The notes below the pieces were generated by a model that saw nothing but the letters and a program-made list of their open reading frames with translations, did not search any database and was not told the DNA's origin. The position numbers were made by a program, and so were the translations under genes. From Lama guanicoe (lineage: Eukaryota): a stretch of DNA of 64,000 nucleotides. This document shows, in pieces, positions 24,388 to 37,662 of the stretch. Position 1 is the first letter of the stretch. Each line of letters begins with the position of its first letter. Location: assembly GCA_013239625.1 (NCBI GenBank), contig MU056050.1, positions 4,016,084-4,080,083 on the forward strand, read 5' to 3'.

Positions 24388-27300
24388 CCTGGATACAAAT
24401 TCTTTGTCAGACATGTTTTGCAAATGTTTTCTCCCAGCCAGTGGCTTGCCTTTTCATTTTTTAAAGTGTCTTTTGAAGAATAAATGTTTAAAATTTAAAT
24501 GAAATCCAAATTATCTTTTTAAAAATTTTTGTAGGTTATGCTTTAGTGTCCTATCTACTAGCTATTTTCCTAACTTCAAGTCACAAGGATATTCTAATTT
24601 ACTTCTAGAAGGTTTTTTATTTCTAGCTCTCATGTTTGGGCCTATCATCCATTTTGAGTTAACTTTTCTTCATGATGCAAGGTAAAGGTTGATGTCCATT
24701 TTTTCTGACTTGATAAACAATAGTTCCAGCATCATTTGTTGAAAAGATTGTACTTCCTCCTTTGAATTACCTAGCACATTTATGAAAAATCAATTGATAA
24801 TATAGAGTAGGTCTATTTCTGGACTCTATATTCATTTCCATTTATCTGTATGTCTATATTTACACAAATTCTACACTGTCTTGATTCTTGGAACTTTGTA
24901 ATAAATCTTGAAATCAGAAAGTTTAAATTCTCTAATTTTGTTCTTTTTCAAAATTGCACTGGCTCTTTCAAGTCCTTTTTATTTCCATATAAATTGTAGA
25001 ATGTTTACCATGGTTTCAAAAAAGTTTTTCACATAATTTTCATTACAATTGTGTTATATCTATAGATTTAATTAGCAAATGATTGATATCAATAACCTTG
25101 AATCTTTTGATTCATAAACAGTATATTCCTCCATTTATTTAGGTCTACTTTAATTTCTTTTAACAATAATTTTTATCTTCTAGTGTAGAGGTTTTGCACT
25201 TCTTTTGTTAAATTCATCCCCAGTGTTGTATGTTTTTTAATTTAATTATAAATGGTATATTTTAAACTTTCAGTTCCTAATTGTTTGTTGCTAGTATATA
25301 GAAATAGAATTCATTTCTACATACTTTTCATCCTGTGACTATGCTAAACTTACCAATTTTTCCAGTAGGACTGTTGTAGATTCCTTAATATTTCTATGTA
25401 GGTAATTATATCAAGTGGAAATAGAGAGTTTTGTACCGTTTCCAATCTGAATGTCTTATTATTTTTTTCCTATTCAACTGGATAGGACAGACAATATAAC
25501 ATTGTATACAGGTGATAAGATCAGATACCCTTGTCTTGTTCTCTAAGTTAGGGTGAAAGCATGAATTCTTTCAACAACATGTATGTAGGCTGTACATTTT
25601 TCATAGTTGCCTTTTATGATCTTGCGAAAAGTCTCTTGTATTTCCAAGTTGCTGAGAATTTTTTAAATTATATATTGATGTTGAAATTTTCAAATAACTT
25701 TTCTCCATATGCTTTGAGGATTATATAATTTTTCTTTTCAATTCTTTTAATTTGGAGAATTAAATGATTAAAATTTGAAAGTTAACTTAAATTCATGACA
25801 AAAATTACAATGAATCATAATGTATTACTCCCTTTATATAATGGTGGATTCAGTCTACGAGTTTCACTAAATAACTTTAAATCTGTGTTCAAAAGGGATA
25901 TTGTTTATAGCTTCTTTTCTTGTAATACAATACCTAGTTTTGATATCAGGTTATTTCTGACTTCATAAAATGAGTTGAGATGTTTTCCCTCCTCTTGTGT
26001 TTTCTAGAAGCCTTTGTGCAGAATAGGTATTACTTCTTTCTTAAAGATTTAAGAGATCACCAGTGTAGCTTTAATGATCTGGAGTATAATTTGTGGAACG
26101 TTGTTTTTTATGAAGTATTCTATTAATTTTATATATATAAATTTATTCAGATTTTCTATTTTATCTGAAAGAACTTTTAATTTGTGTATTTCACAGAATT
26201 TGTCTATTTAATCTAAGTTGTGATTATTATTATACATTGTTCCTTATATTTCCTAATTTTCCTTTTGATCTCTACGGTGTCTGTATTTATATCCCCTCTT
26301 TCAACCAGATATTGGTGATCTGTATTTCTTTTCTTCATAATTCTGGCTAGCAGTTTATTAAATTTATTGATCTTTTCAAGGAAACAGTTTTTGGTTCATT
26401 GAGTTCCTCTACTGTATGTCCATTTACTATTTCATTTATTTCTGCATTTATTATATTTTTTCTTTACATCTGCTTCATTTGGCTTCATTTGCTTTTCTCT
26501 TTTTAGTTTCTTAAGGAGAAAGCTTTGGTAATTGGTTTATTACTTTATTCTTTAATGCTACTAATTTATTTCTGAGTATTGCATCTCAGAAATTTTAATA
26601 AGCTGTGTGTTCATTTACATTCAGTTCAAAATATTTTCTAATTTCCCTGGTTATTTTTCCTTTGATCCAGAGGCTACACAATAATGTGTTGTTTAAGTTC
26701 CAGATATTTAGGAATTTTCTTTCTGTTGCTATTTTCTTGTTTTGTCTAGTTATGATCAGAGAATATTATTTGCATAGTTTTAATTCTTTAAAATTTATTT
26801 TAACTTCTTTAATATTCCATAATATAGTCTGTCTTGCAGAATATTCTATTTGTACTTGAAAACAATGTGTATTCTGCTATTGTTGAGTGAAACATTCTAT
26901 AAATATCAATTAGATAAATTTTTTGGTGTTTGAGTCTTCTAATTTCTTAACTCTCTAGTTTTTCTATCAAATACTAAGATCAGCATGATAAAATATTTAA
27001 CTGTAATTGAGAATATTTCTATTTACCATTTCTCTTATATGTTTTCTTCATGTATTTTGGGGCATTTTTAATATCTACATATTATTTTAGTATTGATAGG
27101 TCCTTCTTATTGTTTTGATCAAATATCCATTTACTATTTTTTTCTTTCTGCTTGAAGAATTTTCTTAATAATTCTTGTAATAGTCATCTATTGGCAATTG
27201 ATTCTGTCAGCTTTTGTTTATCTGAAAAAGTCTGTGTTTCACCTTTATACGTTTAAGATTTATTTTGGATAGGTATATAAATTTAGATTGGTTTTTCTTT

Positions 27301-27687
27301 CTTTCAATATTTTGACAGTGTTTCTCTACTGTTTTCTGGCTTGCAAAGTTTCTTATGAGAAGTTTTTGTTATTCTTATTGTTGTTACCCTCCATGTAATT
27401 TTTTAGCTGCCTTTAAGATTCTATCTTTACTGCTGCTTTTTTAGCAATTTAATTATCAGATGTATTGATATGATTTTTCTCTATATTTAGTCTACATGAG
27501 GTTCATTAAGAAACTTGGATTTGGGACTTATTATTTTAGTCATATTTGTAAAAAAAAAACAAGCCAATTATTTCTTTAATAAGCAACCTTCTTTCCCACA
27601 CACATCCCTTCCTGAGACTCCAATTACATGAATGTTAAACCATTTGATATCACCCCACAAGTCACTGATACTCTGCTTGCTTTTTTT

Positions 27688-27752
27688 CTTTTTGTATCTT
27701 TTTGTGTTTTTGTATCTCCTTGTCTTTTTATATCACTTTGTCTTTTTGTATA
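27688..27752 (+). repeat. 18-bp minisatellite, about 3.6 copies
   Basis: ctttttgtatctttttgt / gtttttgtatctccttgt / ctttttatatcactttgt / ctttttgtata. Confidence 0.85.
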
Positions 27753-30602
27753 TCTATGCTTCTTTAAGTATAGTTTATATTGCTATCTTCCACAAATTCA
27801 CTAATCTTTTCTTCAGCTTTATCTAATCTACTGTTATCCCATCCATTATATTTATTTTATTTCAGATAATCTATTTAAAAATTCCATTTTGTTTTTTTAT
27901 ACCTTCCACTACTTTATTCATCATGTTCATGTTTTCTTCTACATTCTTGAATATATGAAACATATTTGCAATGGCTTTTTGTCTACTACATCTATTATTT
28001 TTCTTATCTCTGGCACCGTTTTCACTGATTATTTCTTGGATTATATTTTCTTTTTTCTTGAATGCCTGACGTTTTTGAATTGGATACCAAATGTGATTTT
28101 TACATTGTTGGCTCTGGATTTTATTAAATATGTTTATAGAGCGTTGGGTTTTATTCTGGCAACAGGTTGTATTTATTAGGAAGTTTTATATTTTCAAGGG
28201 TTATTTTTATACTATTTTAGGGAATATCCATGGTTTTCTTTAATATAGAGCTAATTTATCCCCACTTTAAGACAGTAACTTTCTGAGAACTCTACATGAT
28301 GCCCTGTGTATGAGGATTCACTACTCTGGCTTGTGGGAACGCAAACTACTCCCAGGCTTTGCGTGAGCTGCGGAAAATGTGCACCCTGCTGTTCACTGAT
28401 TGTTTCCTCATCCTTATGGAGATCCAAGTCATACAAGCCTAGACCAGTACTCAGGCAAAATTTGAGGGACCCTCTCTGATCTTCACCACTCTCTTCTCTC
28501 AGCGGAACTCCCTCTTCTAAGATACTGTGCTTTACAGATTTTGTCTTGCTGTCCTCTGTGTTCTGACCTCAGTCTTCTCAACTCAGCAAGACTTCAGGGC
28601 TCTGTTTTGGTTTCAGCTCCCTGGAAATTGCATCCAGGAAGTTACTGCACCCAGGGAAATTATAGTGCTCCCCTCTTTTGTTTCCCTTCTCCTAGAGGTC
28701 ACTGTTTGTGTTCCCTATGGTCAAACATCTTAAAACAGTTTTTTCATATATTTTACGTAAGTCTCACATTGTTTATGGTTCGGAGACAATTCCTGTAAAA
28801 AGTCCTTCATAAGTGGAATTAAATATCTCCATCCTTTTACTTTTAACCCATTTCATCTTTATATTAAAGTATCTTTTTTTAAACAGCGTGTAGTTATTGT
28901 TTTTTAAATTCTGTCAGATAATTGGTGTTTAGCTCATTTATATTCAGTGCAATAATTATTATAATTATATTTACATCTAGTGTCTTGCTATTTCTTTGCA
29001 AATTTCCCATCTATTCTTAGTCCCTTTGTTTCAGTTTGCCTACTCCTTTTTTAAAATTTTAATTTCTTTCATTTTACCTTCTCTATTAGATTTTTAGCTA
29101 TGTAACTTTTAAAAACAGTTTGTGGTTAATCTAGACATGACAATATGCATGCTTAACTTATAGCTTACCTTAAATAATTACTGCTTAATGAACAATGCAA
29201 GAAACTTGAAACAGTTTGACTTAATTCAATGCTCTTTGTGCTATTATTATTACATATTTTTCTACGTATATTGTAAACCCCATAAGACATTGTTGATTTA
29301 GCCACTTTAAATTGTCTATAGTCTTTTATAGACTATCTATTCATCCTTTTTTGGTACTTTTTATTCTTTTCTGCAGTTTGATGATTCCATCTGGGATTAT
29401 TTTCCTTCAGACAGAGAGCGCATTCATTCTCAATGTAAATATTTATATATGTGAGATTAAATATATCTTATTTATTTTCTCACTTATTCTATTTTTATGC
29501 TGTTATTCTATTGTTTTTCCTTTAATGGAATTATCATTATTTTTGTTCCATTATTTTTCTTCCTTTAGCTTCCACTATGCTATTCGCTGGTACCATTTTT
29601 TGCTTCTAAAACTTCTAAGGCTCCATGCAAAATCTATATAAAAGTATAGGTAGAAAAGGTCCAAAATAATTCAATTTGGTATTTTGTTTCCACTTCTATC
29701 TCACATTTTTAGAGTAACATTAAGGAATATATGATGCAATTCATTAAATGTAGCAAAACAAACACAGTTCTTTTATTTTAACTCTAATTACTTTATCTCT
29801 GACAGCACAGTTACTAGCTTTGTTGAGGGAATTATTTTTACTGATATTGTTGGGAGGTACACTAGAAAGCTACATATTTGAAGTGGTGGACAGTTTTTAA
29901 TTAAAAAGCATAAATAAAGAATCAAACATTTCATTTTGCTTTGGCTCTATAAGATTCATCAGAGTTTTAATTTTAAAGATGTAGTTGATTGGCACTTATT
30001 TAGCTTGACTAACTCAAAATACTCTGCAAATGTCCTCGTCCATGAATGTTAATTTGACATTTGAAAGTATATTTGAAGATATTCGCATAGATCTTTGATT
30101 TGTAATAGTCAGATAAACACTGAGAAGACACTAGGGAGCAGAAAAGTTTTAAGTTCACTTTCTTGATATCTGATGATTGTTACAGAGTTTATCCAAGAGA
30201 TGCTCTATTCCATTCCTAATATGGCTAATATATCATGAAACAGTCAAAATAATCATACTGATATTTTGATATGAAAAATATATTTACCAGGCAGAGTGAC
30301 ATTTGCAAAAGAATCTTAAGATTGTGCCTAAGGGTATGTTCAACTTAAGTTGATGTGGCATTTTCAGTGACTAAACTCAAAACTATCATCACTGCATATT
30401 TTTCCTGAAAATTTTTGTGTCGTAATAGTATTGATTACTTTAGATTTTTAAAGAATGTCATCCCACATTTTTAATCCCCTTACACATTTTTGTATTTTGT
30501 TTTCATCTCTTTTGTCTTTTTTTTTCTCTTTAAAGTAATTATCTTAGTTCACTCAAATTCTTGGTGCAGAACAACCAATTTCCTTATATTCTAGCTAAAC
30601 AT

Positions 30603-31006
30603 TACTGATGCTCACCATTATTTCCACTTCTCTTTGCTTACCTAAACACACAGAAGACTGTATTTCCAAGCCTTTAAAATTGGATGGGGCCACATGACTA
30701 ATGCGGGTTAATTGACTATGACTAGTGGTAATATGTATCACTTCAGGGCTGACACACTTAAGAGCCAGTGTTTCATGATCTCTTCACCTGCCATAATGGA
30801 CCCTGAAGCCTCATGTTGAAATGGATGTACCATAAAATAGAAGCATCCTAGAATACTTAGCTACAACATGGAGAATATTCGTCCTGAAAAGTCATGGGGT
30901 CCTGCACCAGAATTTGCATGAGTAAGAAATAAACTTGTTTCATGTTAAGAAACTGAGATTTTGGTATTGCTGTCACAGCATTACCTAGCATATCCTGGCT
31001 GCTACA
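30603..31006 (+). mobile_element. MaLR LTR (MLT1-type)
   Basis: ggggccacatgact...tatcacttcagggctga...aataaacttgtttcatgttaagaaactgagatttt...acagcattacctagcatatcctggctgctaca. Confidence 0.8.
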
Positions 31007-33839
31007 CATGTTAAAGAACTAAGGCGTAGATATGAGCTGGGGTGGGATTGACGTGAGCTTTTTGGCATATGACTCTTACATCTAACATCTTGTCAAATCA
31101 TATTAATTTTATTTTTATAATGTGATTTTCCTTCTTTTTTTCCTACATCTATTTCCAAACTCTCTAAGTTTTGTATCACATTAGGTACAAAAGTATAAAT
31201 GCATTTTTTGACCAGACCAGAGTGACATATATTGTTGTAGGGACAATAAAGCTCTCAAGCCCATATTGTTTCATGCTTTCAATTATGTTTTATTTCCTAT
31301 AGAGTTAAAATTTAAAGATAAGTATATATGCACAATCATGCATACTACAAAACAGTCACTCTTGAGAAATTATAAGCTAGTGAAATTCACACATATTTTG
31401 GGAAATAAAGACAGTATTAACCACTTGGTTGCTTATCTTGACCCATTAATAGGGTCATCTGAATTATGCTTCTGAAAAGAACCATTTTGTTAAATGAGTA
31501 TAATGTCATTGTTCACATTAAAGGTGAAAACAGAAAACATGGAAGAAAATCAAGTTTACATGGTTTACAAAGAATATTCAGTATGTATTTAGAAGTGCTA
31601 TAAGTGCTATATGCTTTCAATTCCTTGTGTTTGTCTTTGTCATTCAGCGAACTGATGATCTCATGCCATAAGTACTAGGGCAGAGGGAAAAAATAGGTGC
31701 TGGTTATTGAAAAGAATTTTTCATGCTGAAAATCTGTACTATTATATGGAAAGAAGAGCCTGACAATGAGATAGATTAAATGGAGGGGATACATTTTCTC
31801 AATACCTCATATCTTCCTCAGTGTCATCACAAGCATGTTTGCATAAACATATCCATTTTACTTTTTTAGGAAAGTCTCTTTGCTTTCTCCTTCCTTTAAT
31901 CACACTAGTAATGATTTTATATGCATTTTTAATTAAATACTATCACATATCTTATTTCTTGAGTAGACACTCCAGACAACTTTTACAGAATAAAAGTTAA
32001 TCATAAATCTCACACCTCTATGTAAATAATCTTACATTTGAGACTTAAAAAGCAACCTCACTACCATTTCCTAAAGTATTTATTAGACACTTACATGAAG
32101 TAATCTAAAGATTGTCTCTGACCTCTAAAAACTTGTAACTTAAAGCAGGCAAAATGTCCATACACATCCATTTGAGGCCTACAGCTGTTAAGATACTAAA
32201 CAGGTATATGATTCTGAATTTCATTCCCAAACATCTATGATTGCCACACTCTTATGATATCTACCATATTGACCTTTATTTTCTAGTTTTTTGTGTGTTT
32301 TTTATTATATCCTCTACTAATCTTTGTGCTCCTGAGAGGTTATATCTAATACACCTAGAATTACAATAAATAGCAAATAGGAATACATTAAACAGCAAAT
32401 ATTAGTTAAACATAAGCAAAATATTTTATGTCTATGTCTTTGTGTAAAATGTAAATCAAAATTTAGAATAGTATGGCTTTTTTATTCATTCAGATTTCCC
32501 ATAGTCATAATTATTGACCCCAAGAATACGTGATTTGCAAACAGCCATTTTAATGTATATATATATTTTTAAATAATTTGTTGGCTACTTTTATAATTCA
32601 CAATTACATGAAAGCTTGTAAAATCAATCCATCAAGGTTTATCAGATGTTAAAACAGCGCTACTCACTCAAACCACTGATCCCATTATGTGTACTAGTAA
32701 AGAGAAATTTGAACCTTTTTATATTGCTTGTGAAATTCTGCATACATCTATTTTCCTTCCTTGGGAGAAAAGCTCTATAAGTTTCATAAAATTTTCAAAG
32801 GGATCTTTGAGTTCCCAAATACTCTAAAGCTAGTCAGGCTTTATGTCTTCCTTACCTTTACCTCTCACATTCCCATTTATCTGGTCATCAATTTATCCTT
32901 CTAAATATCATTTAAAATTGTCTCCTCTCTGACCTTACTGCCTTAGTTCAGATCCTCATCATATCTCTTAACTGGTTTCTCTGCCTCCACCCTTATACCC
33001 CTCCAAGGGAGGAAGCACTCGAAAGCTGGCAATAGAAGGAAAGATTGCATTAGAAATGAGATTAAAGAGAATAGATGAGAGAAAAGGTTAGGTGTATTCA
33101 ATTGATGAATAGATCAGTGGATTCAATAGGTTCAGACTTAAGCAGCTCCCTCTAAAATTCAACAAATGGGAGTAAGGGGGCGGATGAACTTCAATAATGG
33201 ACATTGTCATGACTTTTTGAATCTCTTGTGTGGATATTGTTAAAAGCGAAACATGTGACTAATTTTAGTTATATTTAACTAATATAACTAAAATATAACT
33301 GGATCCCCATTTCTAGGTGATATCAGAAGAAGATAAAAAGTGATTTTCTGGGATAGCTAAAGATTGATGAAAGTGATTTGGTGATTTAGTGCTGAAAATG
33401 CACTATTTTAGCTAGTTCTGTAGAAGCGTTAGCAGAAAGAGTCTAATGATTGGTGAATTTTCTCAAAAAACATTGCTCTTGATTAATTGATAATTATAAA
33501 CACTATTGTGACCTAGAAATTTCTCTACTGAAAAATTTAATTCTCAAAGGAGAATTAAAAACTCCTGTCACTGATGAGGAAAATTTTGGGTAGTAGAGAG
33601 TATCATTTGAACTAGTGTTTTCCAGTAAATTTAATACAAGTGATAACAAATTTAGTTACTTTAGGTAACTTTTAAGCATTTATAATGTTTTTCTTCCAAT
33701 TTTATCCTGTAATTATTTAAAAATTTTTGACCAGAACATAAATTCTACTGCACATTATCTGTAGCTTGTTCTTAGCATAATGTAAAATTTCAATAAATGT
33801 GCATTAGCTGACCTCACATTTGTTTTTTATACTTTTTAA

Positions 33840-34800
33840 TTCAGATGTAGCATATATTTGTTAGGTAAAATATACTTATTTGAATAGGAAAGCTTTATTA
33901 TTTTTTTCATATGTATACATCAACTACCCAAATCAAGTTATAGATCATCTCCAGCATGCCAGAAAGTTTCCTCAGGACCCTTCAGAGTCAATACACAATG
34001 TTCTGAGTTTTATCACATTGGATAGTTTTGCTTGTTGTTAAAGTTTATATAATTGATATCACATATAATCTTTGTGATTTGCTCTTTTATTCATCAACAT
34101 ACCTGAAAAATTCACGCAGATTGCTGTGTATATCCATAATGTGTTCTTTTCTTTATATTGTATGTTATACTATTGTATGAATTCCATTGTAGAATAAACC
34201 ATAGTTTATTTGTCCATTTTTCTCTTGATGATATTTAGGTTGCTTCTAGTTTGGGGCTATTATAGAGTTGCTACAAACATTTGTAATCATGTTCACTGGT
34301 AGAAATAAACACTTACTTATCTTGGGTATATACCTAAAATTGGAATGACTGGATCATAGGGAAGTGTAAGTTTACCATTTGGCTAGTATTTTAAAGAGTT
34401 TATACAGATATAAGATCTCTTTAGAAATACATAAGAATTCAGGTTTCTCTTCATCATCACTGACAGTATTGTCAGTATTTTTAAATTTTTAGTCATTCTG
34501 ATGGACATTTAAGTGATGTCTCATTGTGGTTTTAATACGCATTTCTTTCATGAATAACTTGAAAATGAGCATGTTTCATATGCTTATTGGCAATTTGAAG
34601 ATCCATTTTGTGATGTATCATTTCAAGTCTTTTGTCCATTTTATTGCATTAGTAGACTTTTTCTTACTTGTCTGTAGAATACATATATATATTTTCAGGA
34701 TACAAGCCCTTGTTGAATATATTTGTTTTGAATACCTTTTTCCTAATTTTGGCCTGGTTGTTGCTCTAATAGTGTCTTAATAAAAAGAATTTCTTAATAT
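33840..34800 (-). mobile_element. Old L1 3' region (L1MC/ME-like)
   Basis: ttgcttctagtttggggctattat; ttgggtatatacctaaaattggaatgactggatcatagg; ctcattgtggttttaat. Confidence 0.75.
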
Positions 34801-35363
34801 TATATTTTGTTTATTTTTAATGGTTTCTTATTTGGCTTTTTAAAAAAATTAAGGTATAATTGACATATAACATTATATCAGTTTCAGATATACAAGATAA
34901 TGATTCAGTATTTGTATACATTGTGAAATGATCACAAGTTGAGTTAACATCTGTCAATATGCATAGTTACAAATTTGTGTGTGTGTGTGATGGGAACTTC
35001 CAAGATCTGTTTTCTTAACAACCTTCAAATATCCAATACAGTATTATTAACTACAGTCACCAGGCTGTTACTTCCATATGACTTTTTAATTTTATAACTA
35101 GAATTTTGTACCTTTTGACCTCCTGCACTCATTTTGCCCATTTCCGCACCCCCTCACCGCCCCACTTCTGGCAGTCACCAGTCTGTTCTCTGTATGTATT
35201 AACTTGTTTTTAATTTTTCTTTTAGATTCTACATACAAGTGAGATCGTGTGGTTTTTGTCTTTCTCTGTCTGGCTTATTTCACCCAGTATATTGCCCTCA
35301 AGTTTCATCCATCTTGTTGAAAATGGCAAGGTTTCATTCTTTTTTTAAGCTGAATGATATTCC

Positions 35364-35365
<2 letters not shown>

Positions 35366-35400
<35 letters not shown>
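35366..35400. repeat. (TG)n microsatellite inside L1
   Basis: Read directly. Confidence 0.95.
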
Positions 35401-35403
<3 letters not shown>

Positions 35404-36191
35404 CACCACACTGCAATTTCTTTACCCGTTCATCCATTGATAGCCACTTAGTTTTTTTCCATATCTTGGCTACCGTAAATAATGCTTAGTGATTAGTGAT
35501 ATTGAACTTGAGCACCTTTTCATGTACCTGTTGGCTATTTGTATGTCTTCTTTGGAAAAGTATCTATTCAGATCATTTGTTCATTTTTTAAACAGGTTAT
35601 TTACTTGCTATTGCGTTGTGGTAGTTAGTTATATATTTTGAATGTTAAGTTCTTCTCAGATACATGGTTTACAAATATTTTCTCCCATTCTGTAGGTTGC
35701 CTTTTCATTTTTGTTGATTTTTTTCCTGTTGTGCAGAAGCTTTTTAGTTTGATACAGTCCAAATTGTTTATTTGGGGGGTTTTTACCTGTGCTTTTGGTG
35801 TCATATTAAAATATCTCATTGCCAAGACTAATGTCAAGGAGCTTTTTCCTTATGTTTTCTTTCAGGAGTTTTACAGTTTAAGGTCTTACATTTAAGTCTT
35901 TAATCCATTCTAAGTTAATTTATGTGTATGATATAAGATAAAGGAAAAATTGTTTTTCCTTGAAGATATACACTTTCCCAGTACATTTATTGAAGTGACT
36001 ATCCTTTCCCCAGTGTATATTCTTGGCACACTTGTCAAAGATTTTTTGACTGTATATGTGTAAGTTTATTTCTGGGCTCCCCATCATGTTTCATTGGTCT
36101 ATGTGACTGTTTTTCTGACAGTACCATACTGTTTTGATTACAATAGCTGTGTGTGAAATCAAGAGTTTTGATGCTTCCAGCTTTGTCCTTC

Positions 36192-36914
36192 TGTTTCCCA
36201 AAAGGGAAACGTAAAAGACCCAATTATTGTCTTACCTGAAAGATAAGATTTACAGACAGGAGACGGAAAGCGTGTAGCAAAAGGATTTTAAAAGATTTAT
36301 TTAGAGGAAGAAGAGTACACCTCCAAAAACAGGAGGTGGGCTGATTGAAGAGGGAATCGTGGTGGTCTTTGTCTCCCTTTTCTCTCTTTTTTAAAAAATC
36401 TTTGTGGGGGGGTGTAATTAGTTTTATTTATTTTATTTTAGGAGGAGGTGCTGGGGATTGAACCCAGGACTTCATGCATGCTAAGCATGTCCTCTACCAC
36501 TTGAGCTATACCCTCTCCCTCTTGAGTTATACCCTCCCCTTGTCTCCTTTTTCTCTTATACCCTCACACAGAGGTGGTCTTTTGATTGATTGACGGCCCT
36601 TGTCCCTGGAATACTTAGTCATGTTTAGTCCCTTTACACTTGTCTTTACCCATGGTGTACATAGAAAAACCCATAGAGGCGGGGCCTAAACCACAATGTT
36701 AATTATAATACAGTGAACATTGGGTTATATCTGGTTAAGTCCTTTCTGCTACCGAGCAGTTGTATCTGTCGGGTTCTAACCATTTCTTGCTGGCACTCAT
36801 TTAGGATAAGTAAAGTCCCTTTATGCTGGAGGTGGGCATAACACCATCTCCTGGACCATCCTCCTTCTCCTCCACCTATCTGCCCTGTGCCGCCACTTAT
36901 CTAACTACCTAAAA
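36192..36914 (-). mobile_element. ERV1 solo LTR (same family as 49610-50145) containing a SINE
   Basis: Shares agtacacctccaa, tgattgattgac, tacttagtcatg, ctgtcgggttctaacca, gctggcactcatttag and cacttatctaactacctaa with the 49.6-kb copy. Near-TSD cttc/gttc. Confidence 0.9.
36386..36539 (-). mobile_element. vic-1-like SINE with duplicated 5' end
   Basis: ggaggtgctggggattgaacccaggac...gcatgctaagcatg...ctctaccacttgagctataccctc. 17-bp TSD ttgtctcc(c/t)ttttctct at 36369-36385 and 36540-36556. Confidence 0.92.
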
Positions 36915-37662
36915 GTTCTTCCTGAAGATTGCTTTGTCCATTTGGGTTTTCTTTGTGTGTGTGTGTGTGTGTGTGTGGTTCCATAATAATTTTAGGATTG
37001 TTTTTTCTACTTCTATTAAAAATGCTTGGACTTTTGATAGGGATTACTTTGAATCCATAGAGAGCTTTGGGCAATATTGATATTTTTATCAATGTTAATT
37101 CTTCCAATCCATGGAAGTGAGGTATATTTCCATTTATTTGTATCTTCTTTAATTTCATCAAAATCTTATAGTTTTAAGTGTATGGAACTTCCATGTCCTA
37201 AGTTGAATTTATTCCTAAGCATTTTATGCTTTTTTTCTAAGCCTTTTATTCTTTTTGATGCTATTGTAAAGGGAATTATTTTCTTTAGTTCATTATTGGA
37301 TAGTTTGTTGTTAGTATATAGAAATGCAATTGGTTTTTGTATTAGTGATTTTATATCTTGAAAATTTACTGAATTCATTTATTAGTTCTAACAATTTTTT
37401 GGTGGAGTCTTTAGGATTTTTTTGTATATAAGATCATGTAATTACAATCAGAGGCAATTTTACTTCTTCCTTTCTGATTAGGGTGCCCTTTATTTCTTGC
37501 CTCATTGCTCTGGCTAAGATCTTCAGTACTGTGTTGAATAAGAGTAGTGAGAGTAGTCATCCTTAACTTGTTCCTGATCTTAGAGCAAAAACTTTCAGCT
37601 TTTCACCATTAAGTATGATGTTAGTGGTGAGCTAACATTAATTAATATTATTACATTATAAT

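Larger units (their letters stand above)
23740..29410 (-). mobile_element. Long degenerate L1 (ORF2 through ORF1/5' UTR) plus an adjacent L1 fragment
   Basis: Collinear antisense L1 motifs: ccattttgagttaac; cagcatcatttgttgaaaaga; ttgctagtatatagaaata; ttgatcttttcaaggaaacag; aatgtgtattctgctattgttg; cagcttttgtttatctgaaaaagtc. Confidence 0.85.
34835..37632 (-). mobile_element. L1 (L1MA-like) 3' UTR and ORF2 3' portion, interrupted by an LTR
   Basis: Minus ORFs 35625-35837 (IKLKSFCT...[12 protein letters not shown]), 36901-37161 and 37166-37378 (IQKPIAFLYTNN...IPFTIASKRIK) are L1 ORF2 peptides. Confidence 0.9.

Noticed and set aside
27688..27752. CRISPR-like repeat array
   Set aside because: Head-to-tail units without spacers in mammalian DNA; no cas genes.
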